Virus record (IMG/VR): IMGVR_UViG_3300029880_000008
Span: 22,660-86,659 of that record
DNA from: a virus
Reading direction: 5' to 3' (one strand)
DNA length: 64,000 nucleotides
Shown: piece by piece, positions 35,201 through 45,053 of the stretch
Numbering within the stretch: position 1 is the first letter of the stretch
Layout: each line of letters opens with the position of its first letter
The notes under the pieces: model-generated
Database searches by the model: none
The model's input: only the letters and a program-made list of their open reading frames with translations
What the model was told of the DNA's origin: nothing
Position numbers and translations under genes: made by a program

Positions 35201-38200
35201 TCAGTTCCGTGCTGACGTTCTTAATGCGATGGGTGTTGAAACTGGCTTCTACGAGAACAAATTCAAGGATGCTCTCGATAACGCAGTAAACACTTCGTTT
35301 CCCTGGATTGGTGACAAGATTCGCAACAACCAGGAATTGACAGATGCAGAGAAGGTACAGGTTTCAAACATGATGAAGGATGCTGCGGCTCAGGTTCAGA
35401 AAGACTATCCTTTTGCATCAGACGCATTGAAGCGAATGCTTGCGGCTGATAGATTCGAGGCTGTCATTCATCTCGTATTCAGGAACGATGACTCGGATCT
35501 CACTCAGCAGCTCGAAAAGAATCTCAAGGGTAGTGGTTACGACTACCATGAGAAGAACAAGTACGTCAAGAGCTGGGGAAAGGATGCCGGATACGACTAC
35601 GATAAAGCAAAGAGCAACGCAGAGTCGGACATTACTTCTGCAAAAAAGGAACTCAACACCAGAAAGAAGATGCTTGCGCTGGGCAATCTTTCTCTCGATG
35701 AGTTTACACAGAAGCAGAAGGAGTACGAACTTAAGATGCAGGCTTATCATGATAACTGGGGCGAATGGTTTACTGGTGACGACAAGAAGAAAAACAAGAA
35801 AACCGGTGGCCGTAGGTCAACAGGCGCGCAGACAGATAAGGCTCTTGAAGATTTGAGGAAGCGCATCGACTTATACAAGAAGATGTATGCTGAAATCAAG
35901 AAGTTTAAGGAGCTTTATGGAGAAGGTGCTCTTGGTCAGCTTGCTAATGACGGAGAGTTTGAGGCTATATTCAATGATAAAAAGAGATTCCCTATCTCCG
36001 ACTACACCAATTATGAGACCTCTATTAAAGAACTCTTGAAGACTCTCCCGGCCTCAACAAGGGAGAGATTGGACTATGCTGCAAACGAGAAGGCTGGCAT
36101 TCAAACTGAAAACCGAAAACTTCTCGAAGACCAGCGCAGAGACGAACTGAATGTACTCAATAAGCAACTTGATACTATATCTGAGCAGTATGAGACATAC
36201 AAGAAGATATATGAGCTGACAGGAAACAAGAAGGGTTCAGAAAACATAGCTTTCGGAGGAACTGTCCAGTTTGATACATACAAGAGGTTCCTGGAGGAGC
36301 AGCTCGATATTGCGGTAAAGCACGACAACGTTCAGTCCGGCCTTAACTTGACTACGGACGAGGTTAAGGGAATGAGTCTTGAAAATGTCAAGGATAAATA
36401 TGGCGATGAGACTCGTGTTTACGATATCCGCAAGAAACTGGAAGATGAGAACAACAAGATCAAGAAGGAGACCATCGACCTGATGACTAGTCTTATTGAA
36501 AAGAATGCAACCATCGCCCAACAGATTGAGGATGAAAACCGTAAATACGAGAGACAGCTTGAACTCATCAAGGGCATCGAAGACCCACAGATGAGAGACA
36601 GAGCCAAGGCCGGAGCCACAAAGACTCACGATGAGAATGTGGCAAAGCTTCAGTTCGAGCAGTTTAAACAGGAATCTGATTGGTTTTCCATCTTTGATGA
36701 CCTCGACAGGGTGGCTTCCGCTACAATAGACTCAATGATTGAGAAGATTGACCAGTTCTCAATGACTACCGGTTTGTCTGTAGAATCTATCAAACAGTTG
36801 AGGGACGCTTTGGATAAGCTCAGAAATGAGCAGATTAGCAGAAACCCGTTCGGCTTCATCTTCGGAGGGGTGAATCGCGGTAAGGCTATCGGAAAGTTCA
36901 TAAATGAGCGTCTTGGCGGTATGGACGATACTGCGAAGATATTCATCAGCAAGGAGGATGCTTCGAGACTTGGAATAGCTGGCGGCGTAAGAACCAAGGC
37001 GAGTCTGAAGAATGATCAGCAGTCAGCATACGCCGACTCGTCTAAGGCCATCTCTGAACTTGCGACAAAGATGCAGGCGCTCAATACGGTTCTTGCCCCG
37101 GTAATCAATCTGTTCAAGGCTATGGGTGAAGAGGATTCAATCCTTGGTCAAATTGTAGGTGGAGCATCAGGCGCATTCTCTTCGGCAGCAAGTACAGCCG
37201 GGGCTTTTGATACCCTCGGCAAAATGGAGGGTCTCGGGTTCCTCAAAGGTGCTGGTCCATACGCAGCAGCCGCTTCCGCAGCGTTGAGCATTGGCGGCTC
37301 GCTCATCAAGGCGTTCGGTGCAGACTACAGCAGCTACAACAAGGCGAAGGCTGAGTACGACAACCTGACCTCAATTTGGGATTCTCTCATCTCCAAGAAG
37401 ACTGAGTACATGAACATTCATTGGGGTACAGAGGCTACAGAGGCATCCAAGGAAGCTCAGGAAATGCTTAAGGCGGAGATTGAGCAGACCAAGGTTATCG
37501 CCCAGAAGAGGCTCAATTCTGGTGCTTCTGCCGGATCTCATTCTATTTGGTATCGAATGTGGAAGGGTTCGTACAAGTACAATGGTCAGAATTGGCGTGA
37601 TGTAGCAGGAGAAATTTCTTCAAAGTACGGAGTTCAGTTCAATGGAATGGAGGATATGCTCAATATGGACGCCGATACTCTTTCAAAGATAAAAAAGGAT
37701 TATACCGGTCTTTGGGCTAGTATGGACTCTGAGTTCAGGGATTACCTGGAAAAGCTCATTCAGTACGGAGAGAAGGCTGATGATATGATTGAGTCTCTTA
37801 CAGAGAAGCTTACCGGCAACAAGTTCTCCGACCTAGTGTCTTCTTGGGGAGATGCTATGGCTACGATGGCAAACACGTCAGACAATCTCGTTGACCATTT
37901 CGAGGAAAATCTGAAGAAGACCATCTTGAATTCAATGATTGAGAATAAATATGGAGACAAGATTAAGGCTCTTTTGAAGAAGACTCAGGGGTACGCAGAT
38001 AATGGTGACAAGATTAAGGATTCCAACGGAAATGTAATTTCAGAATACACAGGAGCCGAGTATGCCGACGTAAAGAACAGTACAGATGAGCTCTCAAAGC
38101 AAATCGAGGCAACGAGAGATTACCTTAAGAAAACTTACGGATGGTCAGATAATAGCAGTTCTTCTTCTAGAAATTCCATTAAGAGTATCACTGAAGAGAC

Positions 38201-38447
38201 TGGTGACCTTATCGCCAGTTACCTCAATGAAATCAGGGCTGATTGTGCAGTAATGAGAGCCGAGCAGGCAAAGTACTATCCGGAGATGAGTGAGATTGCG
38301 AAGTCACAACTGACGCAGCTCAATGTGATTGCTCAGAATACTCTTCGCAATGCTGATGCAGCCGAGAGGATTGAACGCATATTCGTGGAGTACAACGACA
38401 ACTTCAACAGAGTTCTCAACGGAACAAAATCTTTAAAGATGAAGTAA
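32265..38447 (+). CDS. tail tape measure protein (2060 aa)
   Basis: A very long helical, coiled-coil-rich ORF after the chaperone pair. A hydrophobic/Gly-rich central segment is present (GGLLLGGLKSGFSSIIGFLGGLPGIAISAGSAIFAYYW). Confidence 0.9.
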   Translation: MAGGNMGDLSFSLTLKSRIEEETKKITKELNKIDATGKQAQNALEAISEATKGIGDKGGRSFEKLNNFVKELRRNIGVFSSEDFFSPKKLQQLESVQDGLYKIGRILGEVSKEGAGFNIFPNSVATEANRAERELYKLSSIIDEINKRHGEGIQMFGVDSTNNIRQSLSELSKYRTELEQIRNNRGIHPITGLTATDVVKSSGYLNAIDKANTYAKVIKDAAREAKEAERQRQNDLKNTERRYDSLGNKVRQLRSEYSRGISIGADVSKAEAEINRLLSLMRALINIKGRLNSENWKDSLGLLGNIGSGHDTTLASRVLQDQKAVNREVQRGIELEQKRQQEIAQTAAKVQSDLVRGFERANSHAGKLNSTVQDLKSLFLQGGLVFGAQQFAMSIITTGGEMEKQHIALQSILGDMQNANTMFNQIKELALNSPFTFSELNRDVKQLAAYGVEYDQLYDTTKRLADMSSGLGVSFDRIALAFGQVQARGWLDGKELRQIAYAGIPLLEKLSEFYSKQEGRNVSTSEIKTRISSRDVSFDDVKSIFWQMTDAGGQFYNMQQVLSETLLGRYNKLKDAWEIMLADFANGKNVIGGTFKGILDVVTNLVQQIHVLGPAMVAAFAGPALMRGVKTLEGGIGKRILNSKGNIAKEAELKLLRGEKITPVEKQILQYKNQIRIQDIQALAKANAITKAELRRLYVTGQITKEMYKQGMALTKQEGQVNRISLGGVLKGLASPSKWEAAGGLLLGGLKSGFSSIIGFLGGLPGIAISAGSAIFAYYWEKHQQLKQDMETTADELKDRYTQIGEFLRDNDADKAIKDGDEKEIENLIDAYKEKLKEIAPEKENAFTMSLLEKKSNEDRLKYLKEQLILLKQVEESTQKSLSDEGTYKGFDEKLSSAKEIAEAFSSASAKANMINATQSDFASFNSWEEKYKDEVKAMRDYLIDELGDISNSPKLQGKANQILSSFFAKQGWNQDVSDQFRADVLNAMGVETGFYENKFKDALDNAVNTSFPWIGDKIRNNQELTDAEKVQVSNMMKDAAAQVQKDYPFASDALKRMLAADRFEAVIHLVFRNDDSDLTQQLEKNLKGSGYDYHEKNKYVKSWGKDAGYDYDKAKSNAESDITSAKKELNTRKKMLALGNLSLDEFTQKQKEYELKMQAYHDNWGEWFTGDDKKKNKKTGGRRSTGAQTDKALEDLRKRIDLYKKMYAEIKKFKELYGEGALGQLANDGEFEAIFNDKKRFPISDYTNYETSIKELLKTLPASTRERLDYAANEKAGIQTENRKLLEDQRRDELNVLNKQLDTISEQYETYKKIYELTGNKKGSENIAFGGTVQFDTYKRFLEEQLDIAVKHDNVQSGLNLTTDEVKGMSLENVKDKYGDETRVYDIRKKLEDENNKIKKETIDLMTSLIEKNATIAQQIEDENRKYERQLELIKGIEDPQMRDRAKAGATKTHDENVAKLQFEQFKQESDWFSIFDDLDRVASATIDSMIEKIDQFSMTTGLSVESIKQLRDALDKLRNEQISRNPFGFIFGGVNRGKAIGKFINERLGGMDDTAKIFISKEDASRLGIAGGVRTKASLKNDQQSAYADSSKAISELATKMQALNTVLAPVINLFKAMGEEDSILGQIVGGASGAFSSAASTAGAFDTLGKMEGLGFLKGAGPYAAAASAALSIGGSLIKAFGADYSSYNKAKAEYDNLTSIWDSLISKKTEYMNIHWGTEATEASKEAQEMLKAEIEQTKVIAQKRLNSGASAGSHSIWYRMWKGSYKYNGQNWRDVAGEISSKYGVQFNGMEDMLNMDADTLSKIKKDYTGLWASMDSEFRDYLEKLIQYGEKADDMIESLTEKLTGNKFSDLVSSWGDAMATMANTSDNLVDHFEENLKKTILNSMIENKYGDKIKALLKKTQGYADNGDKIKDSNGNVISEYTGAEYADVKNSTDELSKQIEATRDYLKKTYGWSDNSSSSSRNSIKSITEETGDLIASYLNEIRADCAVMRAEQAKYYPEMSEIAKSQLTQLNVIAQNTLRNADAAERIERIFVEYNDNFNRVLNGTKSLKMK

Positions 38448-38454
38448 TAATCGG

Positions 38455-38484
38455 GGGCGCAGATCTATATCTGCGCCCTCTTTT
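38455..38484 (+). terminator. intrinsic terminator after the tape measure gene
   Basis: GGGCGCAGAT-ctat-ATCTGCGCCC followed by TCTTTTG. Confidence 0.75.
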
Positions 38485-38538
38485 GTATATTTATGCATTT
38501 TTAATCGGATATTTCTTGTATATTTATTCTATTTTTTG

Positions 38539-38546
38539 TATATTTG
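38539..38546 (+). promoter_or_regulatory. possible -7 box (TATATTTG, context TTGTATATTTGCA)
   Basis: It lies between terminator 38455-38484 and ATG 38572. Confidence 0.45.
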
Positions 38547-38571
38547 CAATTATAAAAAGTTGAATTAAGGT

Positions 38572-39060
38572 ATGAAAGATTATTTCAGGATATACATGCA
38601 GAAGGAAGGCGATGGGAACGAGGTGAAGGACTCCATCGCCGACTTCGGTATGTACGTCAGCGAGAGTCCGTTCAAGCCTTGTGATTCTGTCAAGGAACCA
38701 CCGAAAAGGGAGTGGCACGATGAGCATGGTGATGACGAATATATCGGAAAGGATGGACTTTATATGGCAGCATACGAGAATAAGGTTAAGTTTATGTTCC
38801 ACGGCGAGGCTTTCGGCGCTAACGAGAAATGTAAGGCTTTTATTGATTACATCCGCAAGTCAGGCATGATGAAGATGTATTGCGACTTCAATAGAATCGG
38901 AAGACAGCATGTAAGACTTAAGGATATTGATCCAAACCTATATAGGGATCCGGATAACGAGGACTTGCTAGTCCTCTCTATTACTTTCAAGTTTAACGAC
39001 CCTGTTACTGATATTAAGCCGATTAAGGATACACAGGGCAATATTTCAAATTTAGTATAG
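38572..39060 (+). CDS. distal tail protein (Dit-like, putative)
   Basis: 162 aa. It is the first gene after the tape measure. Confidence 0.5.
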   Translation: MKDYFRIYMQKEGDGNEVKDSIADFGMYVSESPFKPCDSVKEPPKREWHDEHGDDEYIGKDGLYMAAYENKVKFMFHGEAFGANEKCKAFIDYIRKSGMMKMYCDFNRIGRQHVRLKDIDPNLYRDPDNEDLLVLSITFKFNDPVTDIKPIKDTQGNISNLV

Positions 39061-39067
39061 CATACAG

Positions 39068-42000
39068 ATGAGCACTTGGAATATTTATCATAAGGATGGC
39101 TCGAAGCTGACAGACGTTAACGAAGAGCAGATAACCGTTCATGGATTGGAATACTCCGATTCTTGGATGGGTGAGTGCTTCGTGAATATCAATTTCAAGC
39201 ATGAAGTGCCTATCAACTTCCAGATAGGCGACTATATTGTCTATCGTGGCGAGCGATTCGAGCTCAACTACGAGCCGGGCAAAGATAAGCAGGCAAGACC
39301 TGACACCTACGGTGAGGGCTTCGTGTATGACAGCGTAAAGTTCAACGCATTGCAGGACGAGCTTGCCAGGGCAGAGTTCCTCGATGTGGTATTGAATGAT
39401 AATGAACTTCACTACACTGCCCTACCGAAATTCCCATTCTATGTACAGACTTTGGATGATCTACTAGACAGGATCCAGGCGAACCTCGATGAGCAGATTG
39501 GTGCAGGTCTTTGGAAGATTTACTCTAGAAACATGGAACGTTCCGTGCAGCGTGGATGCCTCGCGAGCGACTGGCTGTCAATGTACGGCGAAGGAACAAG
39601 AGATAACGTCATCGAATCGATGTCTATCACAGTGGATTCACAGACCTGTTGGCAGGCCCTTGCGCTTGTGAACGAGAAGTGGGACATAAACTTCATAGTC
39701 AGAGGAAGAAACATCTATGTCGGTACTACCGGAATACAGGCAAACCATATCTTTAAGTACGGACTCGGCAATGGACTCTATGAGATTGTTCAGAACGCTG
39801 ATTCCGACCAGAGTGTCGTTACAAGACTAAGAGCCTATGGTTCCGAGAAGAACCTTCCTTCTCATTACTATGCGGACCTCGGTGTCAAGTACGTGGCGAA
39901 TATCACGAAAGTGGTTACAGCTAGCACAAATGTTGAGCTTGAACTGGATATCGATTATATCGAGACGTATTTCAAGAATCCGAGAAAGTATATTGTTTCT
40001 GGAGAAACTGGCGAGCAGTCTTCCGGTTGGGTACTTAAGGTTACATTTGATTTCAAGACTGAGATTACCGGTTATGTAACAAAGAAATACAATACCAATA
40101 AGTGTAGATTCTATTCGGAATACAAGGGAACGCAGGTAGATAGCGGTGATGAAGAGTCAAGGGAAAACCTTAACACTTTCATCGCTCAGGTTAAGGCAGG
40201 AAACACGAAGATGTATATCACATCCGGCCTCAACAATAAAAATGTTCCTTCGTCCATGAAGGAATATGCAGAGAATCTCCCGAACAATATGTCAATCAAC
40301 AGGCTTATGCTGCCTGGATTTCCCCATGTATCGCTGAGTGACTTCTATGATTCACTCACGGATGAGGAGAAGAAGTACGTGAACCCTACCGGAAAACAAC
40401 ACAGATTCTCTACTGACCCGCATAGGCCATACATCGATTCCATCAACATCGATCAGATTGGTCTTCGTTCGGCATCGCAGTTCTTCGATACCGATGATAA
40501 GACGAATGGAGTCGTAGAAATCTACCCTACCATCGAAGAAATGGTTATCGGTGGCGTACGTGTTGATGAGATTGATGAGGGTGTGGCTCCTGATGATGAC
40601 GGAAGATTTGGCGATAATGAAACCGTAAAGAATGTTGATATCTATCTTAAAAAGGCTATCGACTTTGATATCAACGACTTAAAGGATGACGACTTCTCCA
40701 TCTCGATGAAGGATGGTATGTGTGGTGGTCGAACGTTCAAGGTAGCATCCTCAACCAAGGTCGATGGGAGATGGAGGCTCACTATCGAGCGAATCAAGGA
40801 CGACGCTCTTGAGCTTTGGTTTCCATACAAGGACTACCCTATCAAGAAAGGAGACCATTTCGTTCTTACCGGCATCACACTTCCTGATTCGTATGTCAAT
40901 GCTGCGTCTCTGAAGCTCCTTAAATATGCCATAGCATTCATTGACAAGAACGACTACACAAGGTACGTCTATCAGCCTAAGGTTGATGAGATTTTCATGG
41001 CAAGACAGCATGATCTTGCTGAAAATGATACTACAGGAGGTATCAAGAGTCTTCATGATACGCTCAAAGCCGGAGACTTGATGGAGTTTGAGGATACTGA
41101 CCTCAGAATTGGCGGTGTAATATCCATAGATCAGCTCACAATCAAGGAAGAAGATGGTAAGATTCCTACCTACGATATAACTCTTCGCGAGGATAAGGAG
41201 GTTGGAACTATCCAGAAGATCCAACAGCAGATATCGTCGCTCCAAAGTGGAAATGGCGGAACAGGTGCAGGCTTGACAACTACACAAGTCAAGGGCCAGA
41301 TTGCGACAGAGGGAAGCAAGCACTTCATCTCAAAGATAAACGATGACATCGCAAAAGGTACAGTCACCTGGGAGAAGGTGCAGAAGTTCGTGCAAGGATT
41401 GTTCTTTGGCAACGGAAACGACTTTAGCATAGACGGAAGTGGCAACGCTATCCTATCTAATGTGTTGGTGAATCTATTGAAATCACTCGACTTTAACGAA
41501 GCAGAGCAGAGAGGATTTGCAATCAAGCAGAGAAGCGATGGTAAGTTTCAAATGTTGCTCACGGACTTGATAGTATGGGGAAAGGCGATTTTCAATACAT
41601 TGCTCATCCGAGAACTTAGCTACGTTGGTGGTAATATCGTCCTCTCACCTGCTGCTGGTAAGATAAGCTACATCAAGGAAGTTTTCAGCGAGACAACGAA
41701 TGAAATGATTGGATGGAAGTGCTATCTCCTCGCTGATGATGGAACGACCGCCACTATCAACTCATTCAAGGTGGATGACCAAGTTAGGTGCAAGACGTTC
41801 AACATCAAGGCTGGTGTCTATGAGAACGTCAGCAACAAAGATTACTGGAGACTTGTCACAAAGGTATCAGCCGAGAACGAGGCAATCACCGATTCAGAAG
41901 GTCACGAACTCTATGACGGAAAGAAGTTCGCTTGGATTCAGATTGCGAAGGACAACTGCATGGAAGGCTCGGATAACCCTGCTGTAGGAGATACCATCGT

Positions 42001-42697
42001 CCTCATGGGTAACAGAAGCGACAGAAGCCGACAGCACCTTCTGATGATGGAGACCGAAGGAGATTCCGCACCTACGTTCACCATGTACCGAGGTATCAAC
42101 TCCTACTCCCTCAAAGGTAAATCCATCTTCGATGTAGGATTCAACGGCATCAACATCGTGTCAAAGTACTACCACATAACCACAGTTGACGGAGAGAAGA
42201 TTTGGATTCCCGTCTATCGTGGTGATTGGAAGGAAGGTACGGAATACAGCTACTATGATGAGGTTACATGGCTTGGCACAAGATGGCTCTGTATCTCTCC
42301 AGAAGGACAGACCACGACCGATGAACCGTCTGAGGATTCACCTTATTGGAAGGCGACTACGAATATATACAAGCCGCAAGTTATCCTATATACCGATATT
42401 GTTTACAGCGGTATCTCTATAGGCGAGACACACAACATTACTTGCAAGCTAATGCTTGGTGATAAGGATGTATCAAACGGAGTAGCGTCATGGAAGGTGA
42501 CACGCAAGACCAATGATTCTGTAGATGATGCTGCTTGGGCGACTAAGGATAAGGTTAAGAACTTCAATGGCTCAATAGATATTGTCTGGTCTAATGATGG
42601 AACAGAAGACGATTTGGGCAAGGGTGATACTGCGAAATTTGTATTCACAGCAACGACCACAACAGGAAAAATTCATCAAGAATATATTAAAGTTTAA
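39068..42697 (+). CDS. tail-associated/baseplate hub protein (Tal-like, 1209 aa)
   Basis: A large ORF in second position after the tape measure. No enzymatic motif recognised. Confidence 0.6.
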   Translation: MSTWNIYHKDGSKLTDVNEEQITVHGLEYSDSWMGECFVNINFKHEVPINFQIGDYIVYRGERFELNYEPGKDKQARPDTYGEGFVYDSVKFNALQDELARAEFLDVVLNDNELHYTALPKFPFYVQTLDDLLDRIQANLDEQIGAGLWKIYSRNMERSVQRGCLASDWLSMYGEGTRDNVIESMSITVDSQTCWQALALVNEKWDINFIVRGRNIYVGTTGIQANHIFKYGLGNGLYEIVQNADSDQSVVTRLRAYGSEKNLPSHYYADLGVKYVANITKVVTASTNVELELDIDYIETYFKNPRKYIVSGETGEQSSGWVLKVTFDFKTEITGYVTKKYNTNKCRFYSEYKGTQVDSGDEESRENLNTFIAQVKAGNTKMYITSGLNNKNVPSSMKEYAENLPNNMSINRLMLPGFPHVSLSDFYDSLTDEEKKYVNPTGKQHRFSTDPHRPYIDSINIDQIGLRSASQFFDTDDKTNGVVEIYPTIEEMVIGGVRVDEIDEGVAPDDDGRFGDNETVKNVDIYLKKAIDFDINDLKDDDFSISMKDGMCGGRTFKVASSTKVDGRWRLTIERIKDDALELWFPYKDYPIKKGDHFVLTGITLPDSYVNAASLKLLKYAIAFIDKNDYTRYVYQPKVDEIFMARQHDLAENDTTGGIKSLHDTLKAGDLMEFEDTDLRIGGVISIDQLTIKEEDGKIPTYDITLREDKEVGTIQKIQQQISSLQSGNGGTGAGLTTTQVKGQIATEGSKHFISKINDDIAKGTVTWEKVQKFVQGLFFGNGNDFSIDGSGNAILSNVLVNLLKSLDFNEAEQRGFAIKQRSDGKFQMLLTDLIVWGKAIFNTLLIRELSYVGGNIVLSPAAGKISYIKEVFSETTNEMIGWKCYLLADDGTTATINSFKVDDQVRCKTFNIKAGVYENVSNKDYWRLVTKVSAENEAITDSEGHELYDGKKFAWIQIAKDNCMEGSDNPAVGDTIVLMGNRSDRSRQHLLMMETEGDSAPTFTMYRGINSYSLKGKSIFDVGFNGINIVSKYYHITTVDGEKIWIPVYRGDWKEGTEYSYYDEVTWLGTRWLCISPEGQTTTDEPSEDSPYWKATTNIYKPQVILYTDIVYSGISIGETHNITCKLMLGDKDVSNGVASWKVTRKTNDSVDDAAWATKDKVKNFNGSIDIVWSNDGTEDDLGKGDTAKFVFTATTTTGKIHQEYIKV

Positions 42698-42716
42698 AAA
42701 ATAGGAGATTAAAAAT

Positions 42717-43796
42717 ATGGGAAAAGAAATTCATCTTTCGGCAACCGCAGCAGTCAGACGAACATTGAAGGGTGACACATTATCCCTCAGTCTGCAAACA
42801 AATGGCGTACCGCTCTTTCAGGGATTGAACCCTGATACGTTTACCGTATCGCCAAAATGGAGCGAGAGCGGAACGCATCCTATCATTACTCCATCTGTTG
42901 GCTCTGCACGTAAAAACAACGTAACACTGACAAATCACGCATGGGCTTACAACGGAAAAAATTTAGGATTCAGCTCTAGCGGTACTGGATGGGAGACCTC
43001 GACTGTTGATAATAGATTCAAACTAAATCATGCTAATGGTTCTCTCTCTATTATCGGAGACCTCGCATCTAAGGTCAATCAAGATTCCGATACTCTTACC
43101 TATTCGGGTGATGCCGTATTGGGAGCTAGCATATATCCAATGCAGAAAAGCATTGATATATTGGTATCTATGTTGGGCGGCTCATCTTATTTCGGAGGTG
43201 TTTCTGCTGATACTACTGTGTTAAGCAAGGGACAGACAGAAGCTACCCTCAGACCTTGGTTATTCAACTCCGCAGGTGGAGAGGTTTCTACCTATTCTAT
43301 TAATCTGTATCGTGGCAGCGGAACAGACCTTGCAGGAACTTACACAAATCCGGAAAGCGGTATCACTATACACAGAGATAAGACGGGAGAATCGGACAAA
43401 CTCTATGTAGATAGTCATCAGCTCTTCGTCCTTGAGTTCGTTGTTGATGGTGCTGCCGTGTATAGAACAGGTATCAGCATTGATGATATTTCTGATATTT
43501 ATCAGATTGCCCTTAATTCGGTAGGACAGGTTGATGAAGATAGTAATCAGACGTTCAGATGTATCGTTACCAACTGCGAGACAGGACTAGTGCCGAAGAG
43601 TATAACTGGCAATGTCACCTTCGTTATCTATACTGATAGCAATGGTAACATCGAGAATAAACGCTCGGAGACAATGACTTGGGCAAAGAACGTCAGTGAT
43701 GGATTCGTTGTGAGGGATGCTGATACGATTGACGAAAACAAAAATATCATCGGTGTATCGGTGTCAGCAGATGCTTATTTAACACTTGATGATTAG
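42717..43796 (+). CDS. tail fibre/baseplate-associated structural protein (putative)
   Basis: 359 aa with S/T/G-rich, beta-type composition. Called by synteny. Confidence 0.45.
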   Translation: MGKEIHLSATAAVRRTLKGDTLSLSLQTNGVPLFQGLNPDTFTVSPKWSESGTHPIITPSVGSARKNNVTLTNHAWAYNGKNLGFSSSGTGWETSTVDNRFKLNHANGSLSIIGDLASKVNQDSDTLTYSGDAVLGASIYPMQKSIDILVSMLGGSSYFGGVSADTTVLSKGQTEATLRPWLFNSAGGEVSTYSINLYRGSGTDLAGTYTNPESGITIHRDKTGESDKLYVDSHQLFVLEFVVDGAAVYRTGISIDDISDIYQIALNSVGQVDEDSNQTFRCIVTNCETGLVPKSITGNVTFVIYTDSNGNIENKRSETMTWAKNVSDGFVVRDADTIDENKNIIGVSVSADAYLTLDD

Positions 43797-43807
43797 GAGG
43801 AACGCTT

Positions 43808-45031
43808 ATGCCAATAGTTAGTAATAAGGCGAATAGAAAATTCGCCCCTTTGGACGTTTCTGTATCAGTAGTGTGCGCATCGCCTAAGTCTCCATTCATG
43901 CAGACTATGGCTGGCGATAAATTCTTCCCAGACAGAACACAGAGCGGCTTTGAGTGTATTGCCTACCCGAGTATCAATGCTACGGCAAAGGATGATTCAT
44001 GGGATAGCAAGCAGTCGAATATGTCTCTTGCCAATATGGTATGGAAGGTTTCTACGGGCACGGAATGGAAGAACATATCTAAAATTAATTCTTGGAGCGG
44101 TAATTATAGCATTGATACAAGCAATACATCTAATCGTGGTTCGCTTACTATCAAGAGGAATCTTTCAAGTAATGATAAGCAGCAGTTGCAATTCGAAGCT
44201 GACCTGTATGATTATAGAACGAATTCTATATTGCATATCACCGCTGACCCTATTACTCTGTATACGGCAGATAAGGGTGCAGATACCTATGGTATGGGTA
44301 TTCGGGAAGATACCGATATATCCTATAACCCATTCCTTGATAAGCTGGCTCTCTACGAGTATAAGGTTGCTAATAACATCATATCGGCATCTACGGAAGC
44401 AAGAAACGCTTGCTTTGACGGCAATCAGTATGAATGTCACATTCCGATTGATGTATATAAGTCTAAGGATAGAATTACAAGCGGATTCTCTATTGAGCTG
44501 TATCGAGGAACGACTAAGATGTCTGCTTCTTCTGCTGCAAGCCCTAACGAGATTATATCTATCTCCACATCTGAGATTGTGCTTGACCTTAGACTTGTAG
44601 AGAAGAATAATTATACCATCAAGGCGGTAATAAACGGCAAGGCTGTTGCTCAGTTCCAATTTTCCGCTTCTAGGTTCTATCCTTCTTTCAATCAGCCTAA
44701 GTTCATGGTATGCAATGATATTGAATGGGGTAAGATATACAGAAGCAACAAGGCTATTTTGGAGTACAACGGAAGGGTTGTTGAATACCCTAACCGCATC
44801 GTAGAATTGCAATGGCATACCGAAGCAACTAACGGTAATATCGTCACAAGTAAGTCTTGGCAAGAGGGAGATTCATGCTACTTCTCAATCAAGGAATCTG
44901 GTCTTGGCGATGTTGAGAGCGATTATCTTGAAGAACAGATAGAATACGGACAGAGACCTGCCAACGACTATCTCCTTGACGAAGGTGACAATTACTTGCT
45001 TGATGAGAATGGCAATCCGTTGATAGATTAG
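43808..45031 (+). CDS. tail fibre/baseplate-associated structural protein (putative)
   Basis: 407 aa. SD TAGGAGGAACGCTTATG lies upstream. Called by synteny. Confidence 0.45.
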   Translation: MPIVSNKANRKFAPLDVSVSVVCASPKSPFMQTMAGDKFFPDRTQSGFECIAYPSINATAKDDSWDSKQSNMSLANMVWKVSTGTEWKNISKINSWSGNYSIDTSNTSNRGSLTIKRNLSSNDKQQLQFEADLYDYRTNSILHITADPITLYTADKGADTYGMGIREDTDISYNPFLDKLALYEYKVANNIISASTEARNACFDGNQYECHIPIDVYKSKDRITSGFSIELYRGTTKMSASSAASPNEIISISTSEIVLDLRLVEKNNYTIKAVINGKAVAQFQFSASRFYPSFNQPKFMVCNDIEWGKIYRSNKAILEYNGRVVEYPNRIVELQWHTEATNGNIVTSKSWQEGDSCYFSIKESGLGDVESDYLEEQIEYGQRPANDYLLDEGDNYLLDENGNPLID

Positions 45032-45053
45032 TAACATTTAAAATATAATATAT

